The notes under the pieces are model-generated. The model worked only from the letters and a program-made list of their open reading frames with translations. It had not been told where the DNA came from and made no database searches. 64,000 nucleotides of DNA from a virus. Lineage: Duplodnaviria; Caudoviricetes. Position 1 is the first letter of the stretch. Each line of letters starts with the position of its first letter. Positions 35,638 through 44,642 of the stretch are shown one piece after another. The DNA lies in IMG/VR virus record IMGVR_UViG_2595698339_000001, positions 13,368 to 77,367 of that record; one strand, given 5' to 3'. A program made the translations under genes and the position numbers.

Positions 35638-36047
35638 CCCGCGTCGTCTTGGTCACCGGCTCCCGTGACCTCACCGAGGAACACATCGTCCACGAGGAGC
35701 TCTACACCGAGGCGCGCAAGGCGGGCGGTCTGCACAACCTCACCGTCCGCCACGGCGGCGCCGCGGGCGCTGACCACTGGGCGCACACCTTCTGCGTGAA
35801 GCACCCAGAGGTCACCGAGGACGAAGTCAAGGCCGACTGGAATCGGGACTGCACCGGCCAGTGCTTCCACGGCCCCCGCTACAAGGACGGCAAGCCCTAC
35901 TGCCCAGTCGCCGGGGTCCTGCGCAACCAGGCCATGGTCGACAAGGGTGCCGACATCGCCCTGGCCTTCCCCCGCGGGCAGGCCCGAGGCGCCAACGACT
36001 GCATCAGGCGGGCCAAGAAGGCGCAGATTCCCGTCGTCGTCCGGTGA
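35634..36047 (+). CDS. SLOG-superfamily (DUF2493/YspA-like) protein
   Basis: VLVTGSR, HGGAAGAD, ADW, G..RNQAMV, AFP...G...C. Confidence 0.85.
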   Translation: MTRVVLVTGSRDLTEEHIVHEELYTEARKAGGLHNLTVRHGGAAGADHWAHTFCVKHPEVTEDEVKADWNRDCTGQCFHGPRYKDGKPYCPVAGVLRNQAMVDKGADIALAFPRGQARGANDCIRRAKKAQIPVVVR

Positions 36048-36361
36048 ACGAGAAGGAGTGCCGGGAGCGGGCCAACGAGCGTGAAGCAGGCTACTGCGCG
36101 CTCTGCGGCCTCTACCTCCCCCTCACCCTCCACCACCGCAAGAAGCGCAGTCAGGGCGGCAAATGGGACCTGACCAACTGCGTCATGGTCTGCGGCCACG
36201 GCACCAAGGGCTGCCACGGCTGGATCGAAAACAACCCGAATGCCGCCGAGGACAAGGGCTTTCACGTCCGCCCCTGGCAGAACCCCGCAGAAACGCCACT
36301 GCTCTACCAGGGCAGGCAAGCACTACTCACCGAAGAGGGAACGGTCGAACATGTCAGTTGA
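36044..36361 (+). CDS. HNH endonuclease
   Basis: CALC..HHRKKRSQGG...NCVMVC....GCH. Confidence 0.8.
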   Translation: MNEKECRERANEREAGYCALCGLYLPLTLHHRKKRSQGGKWDLTNCVMVCGHGTKGCHGWIENNPNAAEDKGFHVRPWQNPAETPLLYQGRQALLTEEGTVEHVS

Positions 36362-36587
36362 CGGAGTCGCCAAGCGCGGACCCGAGAAGGGCCGCATCGT
36401 CATCACCCTGGAGACCACCATCCCGCGCGCCGTCTGGCCGCGCTACAAGGAGCGCCTGGGCTACGTCTCCGACGCCATCGACTGCCTGCGGGTCGACGTC
36501 CAGGACTACAAGGACGGCTACATCAGCCTCGAGGAGCTCATCGCCCTCGCTGACGACGGCGGCATCTCCGTCCAAGTCGGCAAATGA
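36351..36587 (+). CDS. hypothetical protein
   Basis: Overlaps both neighbours; GAGGG RBS. Confidence 0.55.
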   Translation: MSVDGVAKRGPEKGRIVITLETTIPRAVWPRYKERLGYVSDAIDCLRVDVQDYKDGYISLEELIALADDGGISVQVGK

Positions 36588-37234
36588 GCGACGTCCAGGT
36601 TAGTCGCAACTTCCACAAGCACCCCAAGGTGGTCGCCAGCTCCAATGGCGCCCTCGGCTTGTGGATCAAGGCGCTGTCCTGGTCCCGCGCCCACCGCAAG
36701 AAGGGCCACGTCCCCGCGGCCGACGCTGAACTCATGGGCACCCCCGAGGAAATCCGAGAGCTGGTCGACAACCGGCTGTGGGACGTGGTCGAGGGCGGCT
36801 ACCGCTACCACGACTACGGCGACTGGTACTGGAACCCCAGGACCACCGCGGAGAACCTCGTCTACCACGTCGTGGGCGACGCCCACCCCGACCGTGTCCT
36901 GCGCCAACTGGAACAGCAGATCGAAAGCCTCCTGACCGAGGGCACGGAGATCGCGGTTGCTGAGCGCGCGCTGAAGCTGTGGCTGGCGAAACCCAACGCC
37001 GGGGTAGCTCTGCTGCCCTACCTCGTTTCCGACGCTCTACGAGCTACAGGGAACGCAGCAATCGAGGAAGCGCTGCGAGACGCCTACCGCACCGGGGACA
37101 TGACCCCCCTCCTGGAGCACGGCTACATCTACGAGCTCCCAGACCCCGAACCCGGGATGACCATCGAGCAAGTCCGAGCCGCCACCCTGGCTCACAAGCG
37201 AGAGCAGATCAAGAAATGGCAACAGGAACTGTGA
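36584..37234 (+). CDS. putative replication initiator / helicase loader
   Basis: FHKHPKV...GLW...W...G.V...ELV...LW motif; near dnaB. Confidence 0.6.
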   Translation: MSDVQVSRNFHKHPKVVASSNGALGLWIKALSWSRAHRKKGHVPAADAELMGTPEEIRELVDNRLWDVVEGGYRYHDYGDWYWNPRTTAENLVYHVVGDAHPDRVLRQLEQQIESLLTEGTEIAVAERALKLWLAKPNAGVALLPYLVSDALRATGNAAIEEALRDAYRTGDMTPLLEHGYIYELPDPEPGMTIEQVRAATLAHKREQIKKWQQEL

Positions 37235-37563
37235 CCCCGCCCACCGCCACCCAGCTCGCCGAAGAGGTGAAGCGCCTCGCCGCCGAGTACCCCGACAAGC
37301 AGGCGGCCTGCCAATACTTCGAGTCGGACACGGGAGAGCCCTGCTGCATCGTCGGTCACGCGCTGGCCAAGTTCGGCTACACCTACGCCGACGCCAAGCG
37401 TCAATGGAACACCGGCGTCGACGTCGGGGAGCTCTTCCACAAGGGCGTCATCGCCCTCGGCGACGGCGAGAGTTATGACCTCCTCGACGGCCTGAGAGAA
37501 GTCCAGAGCGCCCAAGACGACGGCCTCCCGTGGGGTGAAGCAGTGAAGGCCCTGAGTGAATGA
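37231..37563 (+). CDS. hypothetical protein, CIVG paralog family copy 3
   Basis: CQYF...PCCIVGHAL...QSAQDDGLPWGEAV; GTGA overlap. Confidence 0.7.
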   Translation: MTPPTATQLAEEVKRLAAEYPDKQAACQYFESDTGEPCCIVGHALAKFGYTYADAKRQWNTGVDVGELFHKGVIALGDGESYDLLDGLREVQSAQDDGLPWGEAVKALSE

Positions 37564-38818
37564 GCAACCACCCCAGGACCTAGCCGCCGAGTCAGCAGTC
37601 CTCGGCGCCATGCTTCTCTCCAAGAACGCCACCCCGGCCGTCATGGAGATTCTCAAGCCCGAGGACTTCTACCGCCCCAACCACGCCACCGTCTACCAGA
37701 TCATCACCGACCTCTACATGGCCGGTGAGTCCGCCGACGTCATCACCGTCGCCGCGGAGCTCGGCAAGCAAGGGATGCTGAACAAGATCGGAGCCCCCCA
37801 GCTCCTCGACATGCAGCAGAACGTGCCCTCCGCGCTCAACGCCACGACGTACGCCACCATCGTCAAGGACAAAGCCAGGCAGCGTCGCCTCATCGAACTG
37901 GGCGACCGCTGCCGCCAGCTCGGCTACACCGACGCCACCACCTCCGAAGAGGTCGACGCGCTCATCGCCCAAGCTGGCCAGTTCCTCTCCGAGGTGGAGC
38001 AACCCACCGGCAACGGGCTCGGCTTCGCCCAGCTCGTAGAGAAGTGGCGGACCTGGCAAGACCAGCCCTCCGACGTCATCCCCACCCCATGGCCCGAACT
38101 CAACAGGTGGATTCCGGGCGGGGGATTCTCCCCGGGGAACCTGGTGGTCGTCGGCGGCCGCCCCGGCGCGGGCAAGAGTAACGCCGGTCTGAACATCATC
38201 TCCAAGGCCGCCGAAGACAAGCTCAAGAGCCTGGTCTTCTCCGTGGAGATGGACGACGTCGAAGTGTTCAGCCGACTCCTCGCGGCAGGCACCTGGTCCC
38301 CGCTCTCGCAGATCATCGGCCGCAGCATGGAGAACTCCACGTGGGAGCGCGTCGAGGAATACCTCGACACCCACAAGGACCTCCCCCTGGAAATCCACGA
38401 CGACGCCTCCCTGCGTGTCGAGGAAGTGGTCTCCCGCTGCCGGGTGCGCAAGCCCAAGGTGGTGATGGTCGACTACGCCCAGCTGATGGAGAACAGCAAC
38501 CCCAAGTGGGACGAGCGCACCAACATTGCGCACATCTCCCGCAGCCTCAAGGTGGCGGCCAAGCAGCTGCACATGGTGGTGGTCCTGGCATCACAGCTCA
38601 ACCGAGAAAACACGAAATCCACGGCCAAGAACGGCCCCGCCATCCCCGACCTGACCAACCTGGCCGGTGGCGACTCTCTGGGCCGCGACGCGGACGTTGT
38701 CCTCCTCCTCCAGAAGGCCGACGACAACATCATCCGCATGCACGTGGAGAAGAACCGGAACGGACGCACAGGAATGATCGAACTAGTGGCCCGCGGCGCG
38801 ATGTCGAGGGTCGGATGA
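37556..38818 (+). CDS. dnaB: DnaB-like replicative helicase
   Basis: PPQDLAAESAVLG N-domain, GRPGAGKS, FSVEM, VDYAQL, SQLNRE, DAD, KNRNG. Confidence 0.95.
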   Translation: MNEQPPQDLAAESAVLGAMLLSKNATPAVMEILKPEDFYRPNHATVYQIITDLYMAGESADVITVAAELGKQGMLNKIGAPQLLDMQQNVPSALNATTYATIVKDKARQRRLIELGDRCRQLGYTDATTSEEVDALIAQAGQFLSEVEQPTGNGLGFAQLVEKWRTWQDQPSDVIPTPWPELNRWIPGGGFSPGNLVVVGGRPGAGKSNAGLNIISKAAEDKLKSLVFSVEMDDVEVFSRLLAAGTWSPLSQIIGRSMENSTWERVEEYLDTHKDLPLEIHDDASLRVEEVVSRCRVRKPKVVMVDYAQLMENSNPKWDERTNIAHISRSLKVAAKQLHMVVVLASQLNRENTKSTAKNGPAIPDLTNLAGGDSLGRDADVVLLLQKADDNIIRMHVEKNRNGRTGMIELVARGAMSRVG

Positions 38819-39003
38819 GTAACCGCGCAGAGATTATCGCCAAGGTGCGCGAGGCGATTGAGGAACGCTTGCTCGCCCACGAGGGTCCGTACGTAAGCGT
38901 GTACGAGGATCACTGGGCGTGCCTAGACGGCGAGTTCGACCTCACCGACTTGGCCGAGGCAGCCTTCGACGCTATCGCGGACGAGTGGTCCCCTCCGTTT
39001 TGA
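38815..39003 (+). CDS. hypothetical protein
   Basis: ATGA overlap with dnaB. Confidence 0.55.
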   Translation: MSNRAEIIAKVREAIEERLLAHEGPYVSVYEDHWACLDGEFDLTDLAEAAFDAIADEWSPPF

Positions 39004-39260
39004 ACCTCTTCGAGCAGCTCATGCAGCCAGGCGGTAGCGAAACCGCAATCGACATGAGCTGGCACGGTAAGGCGAAATGCCAAGGGGACCTACGGTTCTC
39101 AAGCCACAAACCTGACGAAGAACTCACCGAAGAACTCACCGAGATTTGCCTGAACTGCCCGGTCTTCACGCGCTGCATGGTCGACCTGGCGGACAGCACC
39201 TCGGTGTTCGTCGCCGGGGAGTGGAAGGAAGACGATGAAGATCATACTGGTTTGCCCTGA
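39000..39260 (+). CDS. divergent WhiB-like protein
   Basis: W...AKC...ICLNCPV...C...VFVAG. Confidence 0.65.
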   Translation: MNLFEQLMQPGGSETAIDMSWHGKAKCQGDLRFSSHKPDEELTEELTEICLNCPVFTRCMVDLADSTSVFVAGEWKEDDEDHTGLP

Positions 39261-39456
39261 GCTTCCGGGCGGAAGGCTGGCCATCGGCCTGCCCGCGTGC
39301 CCGAGCCGCGGCGACGAAATCCAAATCCTGCCCGACTCCGAGCCGTTCATCGACGTGCGCTTCATCGTCACCGACGTGGCCTGGCAGGCTGGCGGCAAGT
39401 TTGACGGCTACTCCACATTCGCTCCCAACGTCTTCTGTGAGGTTGTCGATGGGTAG
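39235..39456 (+). CDS. hypothetical protein
   Basis: AAGGAAG RBS, 73 aa. Confidence 0.55.
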   Translation: MKIILVCPELPGGRLAIGLPACPSRGDEIQILPDSEPFIDVRFIVTDVAWQAGGKFDGYSTFAPNVFCEVVDG

Positions 39457-39814
39457 GCACTCCGCCGAGGTCCTCGTGCGGCTCTTCTATTCGGATCGGG
39501 ACCCGCGCTACATCGACGTCACTGCCTGGGATGAGCGAGACGGCGAGGGGGAGTTCTACCTTCCGTTGAGTCACCCGGCCACGGACTTCCTCATGGCCGC
39601 GACATTGGACGACTACGAGCTCCGTATGTTCATCGCCTCCGCTAGCTCAGGTGTCGAGTGGCACCTGTACCAGGCGGCCAAGGGTATAGCCCTCCCGGAT
39701 GACCCATACGGACCTCGCAACTGGGTGCGCTTCCGGGTCCTGGAGCACTACAAGTACCTGCGCTCACGCATGGCCCCAGACGAGTGGGTCCGCAACCTGT
39801 ACGGAGTCGAATGA
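39449..39814 (+). CDS. hypothetical protein
   Basis: GAGG RBS; overlaps both neighbours. Confidence 0.6.
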   Translation: MGRHSAEVLVRLFYSDRDPRYIDVTAWDERDGEGEFYLPLSHPATDFLMAATLDDYELRMFIASASSGVEWHLYQAAKGIALPDDPYGPRNWVRFRVLEHYKYLRSRMAPDEWVRNLYGVE

Positions 39815-40173
39815 CCAACCGCAGCAAGCAGAAGGGCACCGAATTCGAGACCCGCATCACGAACGGTCTGATCGAAGCCCTCGGCAACGAAGACATCGAA
39901 CGCCGCACCCTCAGCGGCATCCATGACCGCGGTGACATCGCGGGCGTCAAGCTCAACGGCCAGCGCGTCGTCATCGAGTGCAAGAACGTCGCCACCGGCA
40001 AGGTCCTCCACCTCCCGCAGTGGGTGGAAGAGGCCCAGACGGAGGCCAAGAACGACGGCGCCCTGGTCGGTGTCGTCATCCACAAGCGCGCCGGAACCAC
40101 CGACCCCATGAAGCAGTGGGTGTCCATGACCGTCGCCGACCTCGTCGCCATCCTCACCGGAGTGCCGCAGTGA
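39811..40173 (+). CDS. Holliday junction resolvase (PD-(D/E)XK type)
   Basis: SKQKGT.FE, DRGDI, IECKN, W..EA..E..N, HKR motifs. Confidence 0.8.
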   Translation: MTNRSKQKGTEFETRITNGLIEALGNEDIERRTLSGIHDRGDIAGVKLNGQRVVIECKNVATGKVLHLPQWVEEAQTEAKNDGALVGVVIHKRAGTTDPMKQWVSMTVADLVAILTGVPQ

Positions 40174-40364
40174 AGAACCCGCTCAACAACTACCGCGCCG
40201 TCGACACAATGGGCAGATTCCTCACCCACCTCGCCATCCTGCTCGCCATTGCCTTCTTCATGGAGGGCCATGCGGACTGGGGGGTGGCCTACATCATGGG
40301 GGCTGTACTGGCCATCGCAGTAGTCGTACTGGCTGATAGGTCAAATTACTTGAACGGCAAGTGA
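40170..40364 (+). CDS. small membrane protein
   Basis: Two TM helices; GTGA overlap. Confidence 0.6.
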   Translation: MKNPLNNYRAVDTMGRFLTHLAILLAIAFFMEGHADWGVAYIMGAVLAIAVVVLADRSNYLNGK

Positions 40365-40518
40365 AAAAAGCTAGGGACACCAGCAGAGACCTCTCCCGAC
40401 CCTCAAATAACCCTATTTCAAGCCGGGGGTCTCGCATTGCTGGCTTCCACGAGGGTCCGCCGCGCGCCCGAGAGCCCTAGAAGCGCGGCACAAACTTCCA
40501 ACCATAAGGGATCATTCG

Positions 40519-41460
40519 ATGACCAAAATCTGGGCCATGCGTGGCTACTCCGGGAGCGGAAAGTCAACGCGCGCAAGAGAAATCGCCACCGTCAACAAGG
40601 CTGTCGTCATCAACCGCGACTACCTCCGCAAGATGATGCTGGGGGAGTGGTGGACCGGCAAGAAGCAGGACGAAGACCGCATCACGACCGCCGAAGAGGC
40701 GCTGGTCCTCGCCCACCTCAAGAGCGGCACATCCGTCGTCATCGACGCCACCCACCTGTGGCCTAAGTACCTGCGCAAGTGGGCACGCCTCGCCACCCAG
40801 CTGGGTGTGGAGTTCGAGGTGGTCGACGTCAAGCGCGACGTCCAGAGCTGCGTCGACCGAGACATCCTCCGCAGCTACGACGGTGAGCGCAGTGTCGGCG
40901 AAGAGGTGATCCGCAAGCAGGCCAAGAGCTGGTCCCAGGATCGGTGGCCCGAGATCACCGCAGAGCCCTTCATCATCCGCCCGGTGGGAACCATCAGCCA
41001 GCTGCCCCCCGCAATCATCGTGGACATCGACGGCACCCTGGCTCATATCCCCGTGAACGGCCGCTCACCCTACGACTACACCCGAGTCAAGGAAGACAAG
41101 GTCGACAAGGAGATCGCCTGGCTGGTCTCCGTGCTGCACCAGTGGCGCTACGTCTCCGACGATGACCAGGCCCCCGAGGTCATCGTCATGTCGGGTCGTG
41201 ACGACACCTGCCGCGCAGACACCGTCGAGTGGATGAACCAGAACGACATCCCCTTCGACCAGCTCATCATGCGACCGGCTGACGCCAAGGACGACCGCGG
41301 CAACAAGCTGCCCGACTACCAGGTCAAGTACCAGCTCTTCAATGACCAGATCCGCGACAAGTACAAGGTCCTGTTCGTGCTGGACGACCGCCAACAGGTC
41401 GTGGACATGTGGCGCAAGCTCGGCCTGAAGTGCCTTCAGGTGGCGCCGGGGGACTTCTGA
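40519..41460 (+). CDS. pnk: polynucleotide 5'-kinase / 3'-phosphatase
   Basis: GYSGSGKST, NRD..R kinase domain; DIDGT, SGR, K, DDR HAD phosphatase domain. Confidence 0.95.
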   Translation: MTKIWAMRGYSGSGKSTRAREIATVNKAVVINRDYLRKMMLGEWWTGKKQDEDRITTAEEALVLAHLKSGTSVVIDATHLWPKYLRKWARLATQLGVEFEVVDVKRDVQSCVDRDILRSYDGERSVGEEVIRKQAKSWSQDRWPEITAEPFIIRPVGTISQLPPAIIVDIDGTLAHIPVNGRSPYDYTRVKEDKVDKEIAWLVSVLHQWRYVSDDDQAPEVIVMSGRDDTCRADTVEWMNQNDIPFDQLIMRPADAKDDRGNKLPDYQVKYQLFNDQIRDKYKVLFVLDDRQQVVDMWRKLGLKCLQVAPGDF

Positions 41461-41566
41461 CGTAGCGCCAAAATTGTCGGCGAAAGGACACCATGACTCA
41501 GATCGGCATTACCCGCAAGGCGTGGTTATCACTCGCCACTCAGACTTAATGAGAGGAAACTACTAA

Positions 41567-41935
41567 ATGTCAAGAGAATTTGAACCGGCGAAGCCATGGA
41601 TCGCCCGCGACGGAATGCCCATCTACCCCACAGCCTCCGAATTCGAGACCCGCTGGGACGCTGATAACACCTTCCCCTTCTTCGAGGATGAGTACGGTTA
41701 CGGCCTCTTCGGGTACGGACACCAGGACAAGGCTGAGTTCGTCGCCATGGCGAACCGCTATAACGAGCTCTGCGGAGTCGGGATTGACGAAGTGCCCTAC
41801 ACCAGCGACGACGTCGTCCACTGCTGGGCGGTCGTAACTGACCCGCGCAATGAGGACGACGGCATCAGATTCTCCTGGCTCGGGATTGATGCAGACACCT
41901 ACGGAGCATGGCCCCTGACGCGGATCAGCTATTGA
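41567..41935 (+). CDS. hypothetical protein
   Basis: GAGAGGA RBS, 122 aa. Confidence 0.7.
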   Translation: MSREFEPAKPWIARDGMPIYPTASEFETRWDADNTFPFFEDEYGYGLFGYGHQDKAEFVAMANRYNELCGVGIDEVPYTSDDVVHCWAVVTDPRNEDDGIRFSWLGIDADTYGAWPLTRISY

Positions 41936-42030
41936 TCCTTACCGCCGCCATAACCATCAAGGCCCTAGTCGGAATCACCGGCTGGGGCCTTCTCTTTGCC
42001 ATCGGAATCTACTGGGGAATGAGACAGTGA
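41932..42030 (+). CDS. 32-aa single-TM peptide
   Basis: (M)ILTAAITIKALVGITGWGLLFAIGIYWGMRQ*, 4-bp overlaps with both neighbours. Confidence 0.55.
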   Translation: MILTAAITIKALVGITGWGLLFAIGIYWGMRQ

Positions 42031-43352
42031 AACTCGACGCACCGAAGAACAAGAACTACGCGGCCCAGGTCGTGCGCGTGCCCGCCACCCTGGAACTCAA
42101 GGGCCTGGACAACCTCGTCGGGGTGCCTGTGCTCGGCTGCCAGGCCCTCACGCAGCGCGACACCAAGGAGGGCGACCTCCGCATCGCCTTCACCGTGGAG
42201 ACGCAGCTGTCCACGGACTACGCGCACTACAACAACCTCTTCCGCGACGCCGAACGCAACGAGGACCCGAACGAGACCGGCTACCTGGAGAACCACCGAC
42301 GCATCAAGGCAATGAAGCTCCGCGGCCACAAGTCCAGCGCGCTCCTCATGCCCCTCGAGTCGGTGGCCTGGACCGGCGTCGACCCGAGCGAGCTGCAAGA
42401 GGGCGACACCTTCGACACCCTCAACGGCCACGAGATTTGCCGCAAGTACGAGCTGCCAGTCAAGCACACCCACGGCGCCAAGGCGTCCAAGGTGCAGCGC
42501 GCCTTCAAGCGGGTGGACGCCAAGGTGTTCCCCGAGCATCTCGACACCGACAACTTCTTCCGCAGCGCGCACCTACTGGAGGCGGGCCGCGAGGTCATCG
42601 TCACCCAGAAGCTGCACGGCACATCCATCCGCGTCGGCAACGTCCCGGTGCTGCGCCAGAAGAAGTGGCTGGAGCGCTTCATCAACCGCTGGGTGAAGAC
42701 CCCGGACTACGAGTTCGACGTCGTCTACGGCTCCCGCAAGGTGATCAAGGACGTCAACAACCCCAACCAGAACCACTACTACCAGTCGGACATCTGGACC
42801 GAGTACGGCAAGAAGATCGCCGCGCTCATCCCCGAGGGCTTCATCGTCTACGGCGAGCTCATCGGCTGGACGTCGGACGGAGCACCCTTGCAGAAGGGCT
42901 ACACCTACGACGTGCCGCGGGGCGAGGCCCACCTGTACGTCTACCGGGTCGCCCACATCAACAGCCAGGGCCACCTCTCCGACCTGTCATGGAATGGCGT
43001 CAAGCAGTTCTGCCAGGTGCGTGGACTGAAGTGGACCCCGGAGATGGACCGGGTCAGCTTCGGTGGTGCCGACCCCGAGTACCCCTCGATTGAGGAGCTC
43101 ACTCAGTACATCACCCAGGCGATGGACATGCGCTACGCCGACCACTACGACAAGACCGTAGCCGGTACCGCGGTAGCCGCTCTCATTGACCGGCCAATTT
43201 CCTTGTCCGACAAGAAGTCCGTGGACGAAGGCGTCTGCCTCCGCCAGGACGGACTAGTGCCGACGATCTTGAAGGCCAAGTCCCCCAAGTTCTTTGAGTA
43301 CGAAACCAAGCTCCTCGATAGCGGGGAAGTCGACACCGAGAGTGCGGCTTAA
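42027..43352 (+). CDS. rnl: ATP-dependent RNA ligase (Rnl2/Rnl5-like) with N-terminal OB-like domain
   Basis: TQKLHGTS (motif I), YGELIG (III), EGVCLR (IV), KAKS (V). Confidence 0.9.
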   Translation: MKLDAPKNKNYAAQVVRVPATLELKGLDNLVGVPVLGCQALTQRDTKEGDLRIAFTVETQLSTDYAHYNNLFRDAERNEDPNETGYLENHRRIKAMKLRGHKSSALLMPLESVAWTGVDPSELQEGDTFDTLNGHEICRKYELPVKHTHGAKASKVQRAFKRVDAKVFPEHLDTDNFFRSAHLLEAGREVIVTQKLHGTSIRVGNVPVLRQKKWLERFINRWVKTPDYEFDVVYGSRKVIKDVNNPNQNHYYQSDIWTEYGKKIAALIPEGFIVYGELIGWTSDGAPLQKGYTYDVPRGEAHLYVYRVAHINSQGHLSDLSWNGVKQFCQVRGLKWTPEMDRVSFGGADPEYPSIEELTQYITQAMDMRYADHYDKTVAGTAVAALIDRPISLSDKKSVDEGVCLRQDGLVPTILKAKSPKFFEYETKLLDSGEVDTESAA

Positions 43353-43388
43353 CTAGGGGGCGGATCGCCGCCCCAGGAAGTCACTCCT

Positions 43389-44210
43389 TTGAAGAAGTTC
43401 TGCAAAATGTGCGTGAAGCAGGGTCGCAAGAGGCCAAACCTGGTAGCCGAGAAGGGTGGTAAGGGGCTGTGCTCAGTCCACTACCGCCGCAAGCTCGCGT
43501 ACCGCGGGGAGCCCCAAGGGCTCGTTCCCATGGGTCGAGCGCAGGAACATCTCAGCGCGCTCCGCGATGCTGGCGTCACCCTTCCTCGGATGGCCAAGTT
43601 GTCTGGCGTTAGCGCGCGGTCCCTGGAGCTCATCCTCTACGGCGAGCGTGAGAGCGTCCGCGCCCTCACGGAACAGAAAATCCTCTCCATCGGCATCAGT
43701 CAGGCCACGGAGCTCAAGGACAAGGGCAAGTCTCAGGTGGCCAGCCTGGGAACCGTCCGCCGCCTACAGTCCCTCCGCCGACTGGGCTACTCGATAAAGG
43801 ACCTCGCCGACAGGGTTGGACTGACCCGCGCAGCGCTCGACGCAATCCTCGGCCAACCCGACAGGAAGTGGGTCAACCAGAGCACCGCAGAGGCAGTGAA
43901 GAAGGTGTTCGCCGAGCTTCAGGCGACACCGCCACCGGAGACCGCGACCACGCGCCGCGCCGCCGAGGTGGCGAAGGAGCGGGGCTGGCCCCTCCCTCTC
44001 GCTTGGGATGAGGACGCGATTGACGATCCAAGCGCGGAGCCTCACGACGTGGAGCGGCGGAAAACGGACTGGTACCAGGAATACCTCGACATCAAGGAAA
44101 ACCTCGGCATCACAACGCAATCCCAGATCGCCCGACGCATGGGCATCAGGGAGGAGGCGCTCTACCAACGCCTCAAGAGGCTCAAGCAGACGGAGGAATC
44201 GGCGGCATGA
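43389..44210 (+). CDS. multi-HTH DNA-binding protein
   Basis: N-terminal CxxC..LC..HY, then about 3 HTH units (GTVRRLQSL..LGYS; SQIARRMGI). Confidence 0.75.
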   Translation: MKKFCKMCVKQGRKRPNLVAEKGGKGLCSVHYRRKLAYRGEPQGLVPMGRAQEHLSALRDAGVTLPRMAKLSGVSARSLELILYGERESVRALTEQKILSIGISQATELKDKGKSQVASLGTVRRLQSLRRLGYSIKDLADRVGLTRAALDAILGQPDRKWVNQSTAEAVKKVFAELQATPPPETATTRRAAEVAKERGWPLPLAWDEDAIDDPSAEPHDVERRKTDWYQEYLDIKENLGITTQSQIARRMGIREEALYQRLKRLKQTEESAA

Positions 44211-44467
44211 GCAACGAGAACTGGCGCGTGGAAGCGCGCTGCAACGGCCAAGACCCGGAACTCTTCTTCCCGCTGGGGAGGGGACCGGCCTACGAGCAGC
44301 AGGTGACCGAGGCCAAGAAGGTCTGCGGCGGATGCCCGGTATCGGGCGAGTGTCTCAGGTTCGTCCTGAGCGTGGAGAGGCCGGGGGACTACCGCCATGG
44401 AGTCTTCGCTGGCCTCACCGAAGACGAGCGACGTCAGTTGTTCGACCACCAAGAAGAAGCAGCATAG
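44207..44467 (+). CDS. whiB: WhiB-family transcription factor
   Basis: W...A.C...DPELFFP..AKKVCGGCPV..EC..GVFAGLT..ER. Confidence 0.92.
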   Translation: MSNENWRVEARCNGQDPELFFPLGRGPAYEQQVTEAKKVCGGCPVSGECLRFVLSVERPGDYRHGVFAGLTEDERRQLFDHQEEAA

Positions 44468-44483
44468 AGAGGGGACTATCCCA

Positions 44484-44642
44484 ATGCGACCCAAGATCAT
44501 GGTGACCAACACCGACAAGAACGGAAAGGTTACCGACAGCTGGTTTGTCCGCGTGGGCAAGAAGTCCCGCACCTTCTCCGCGGCCGACGCCAAGACCGGC
44601 GCCCACGTCAAGTGGATCAACGAACAGCTGGGCGCCGCGTGA
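44484..44642 (+). CDS. hypothetical protein
   Basis: GAGGGG RBS; MRPKIMVTNTD... Confidence 0.55.
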   Translation: MRPKIMVTNTDKNGKVTDSWFVRVGKKSRTFSAADAKTGAHVKWINEQLGAA

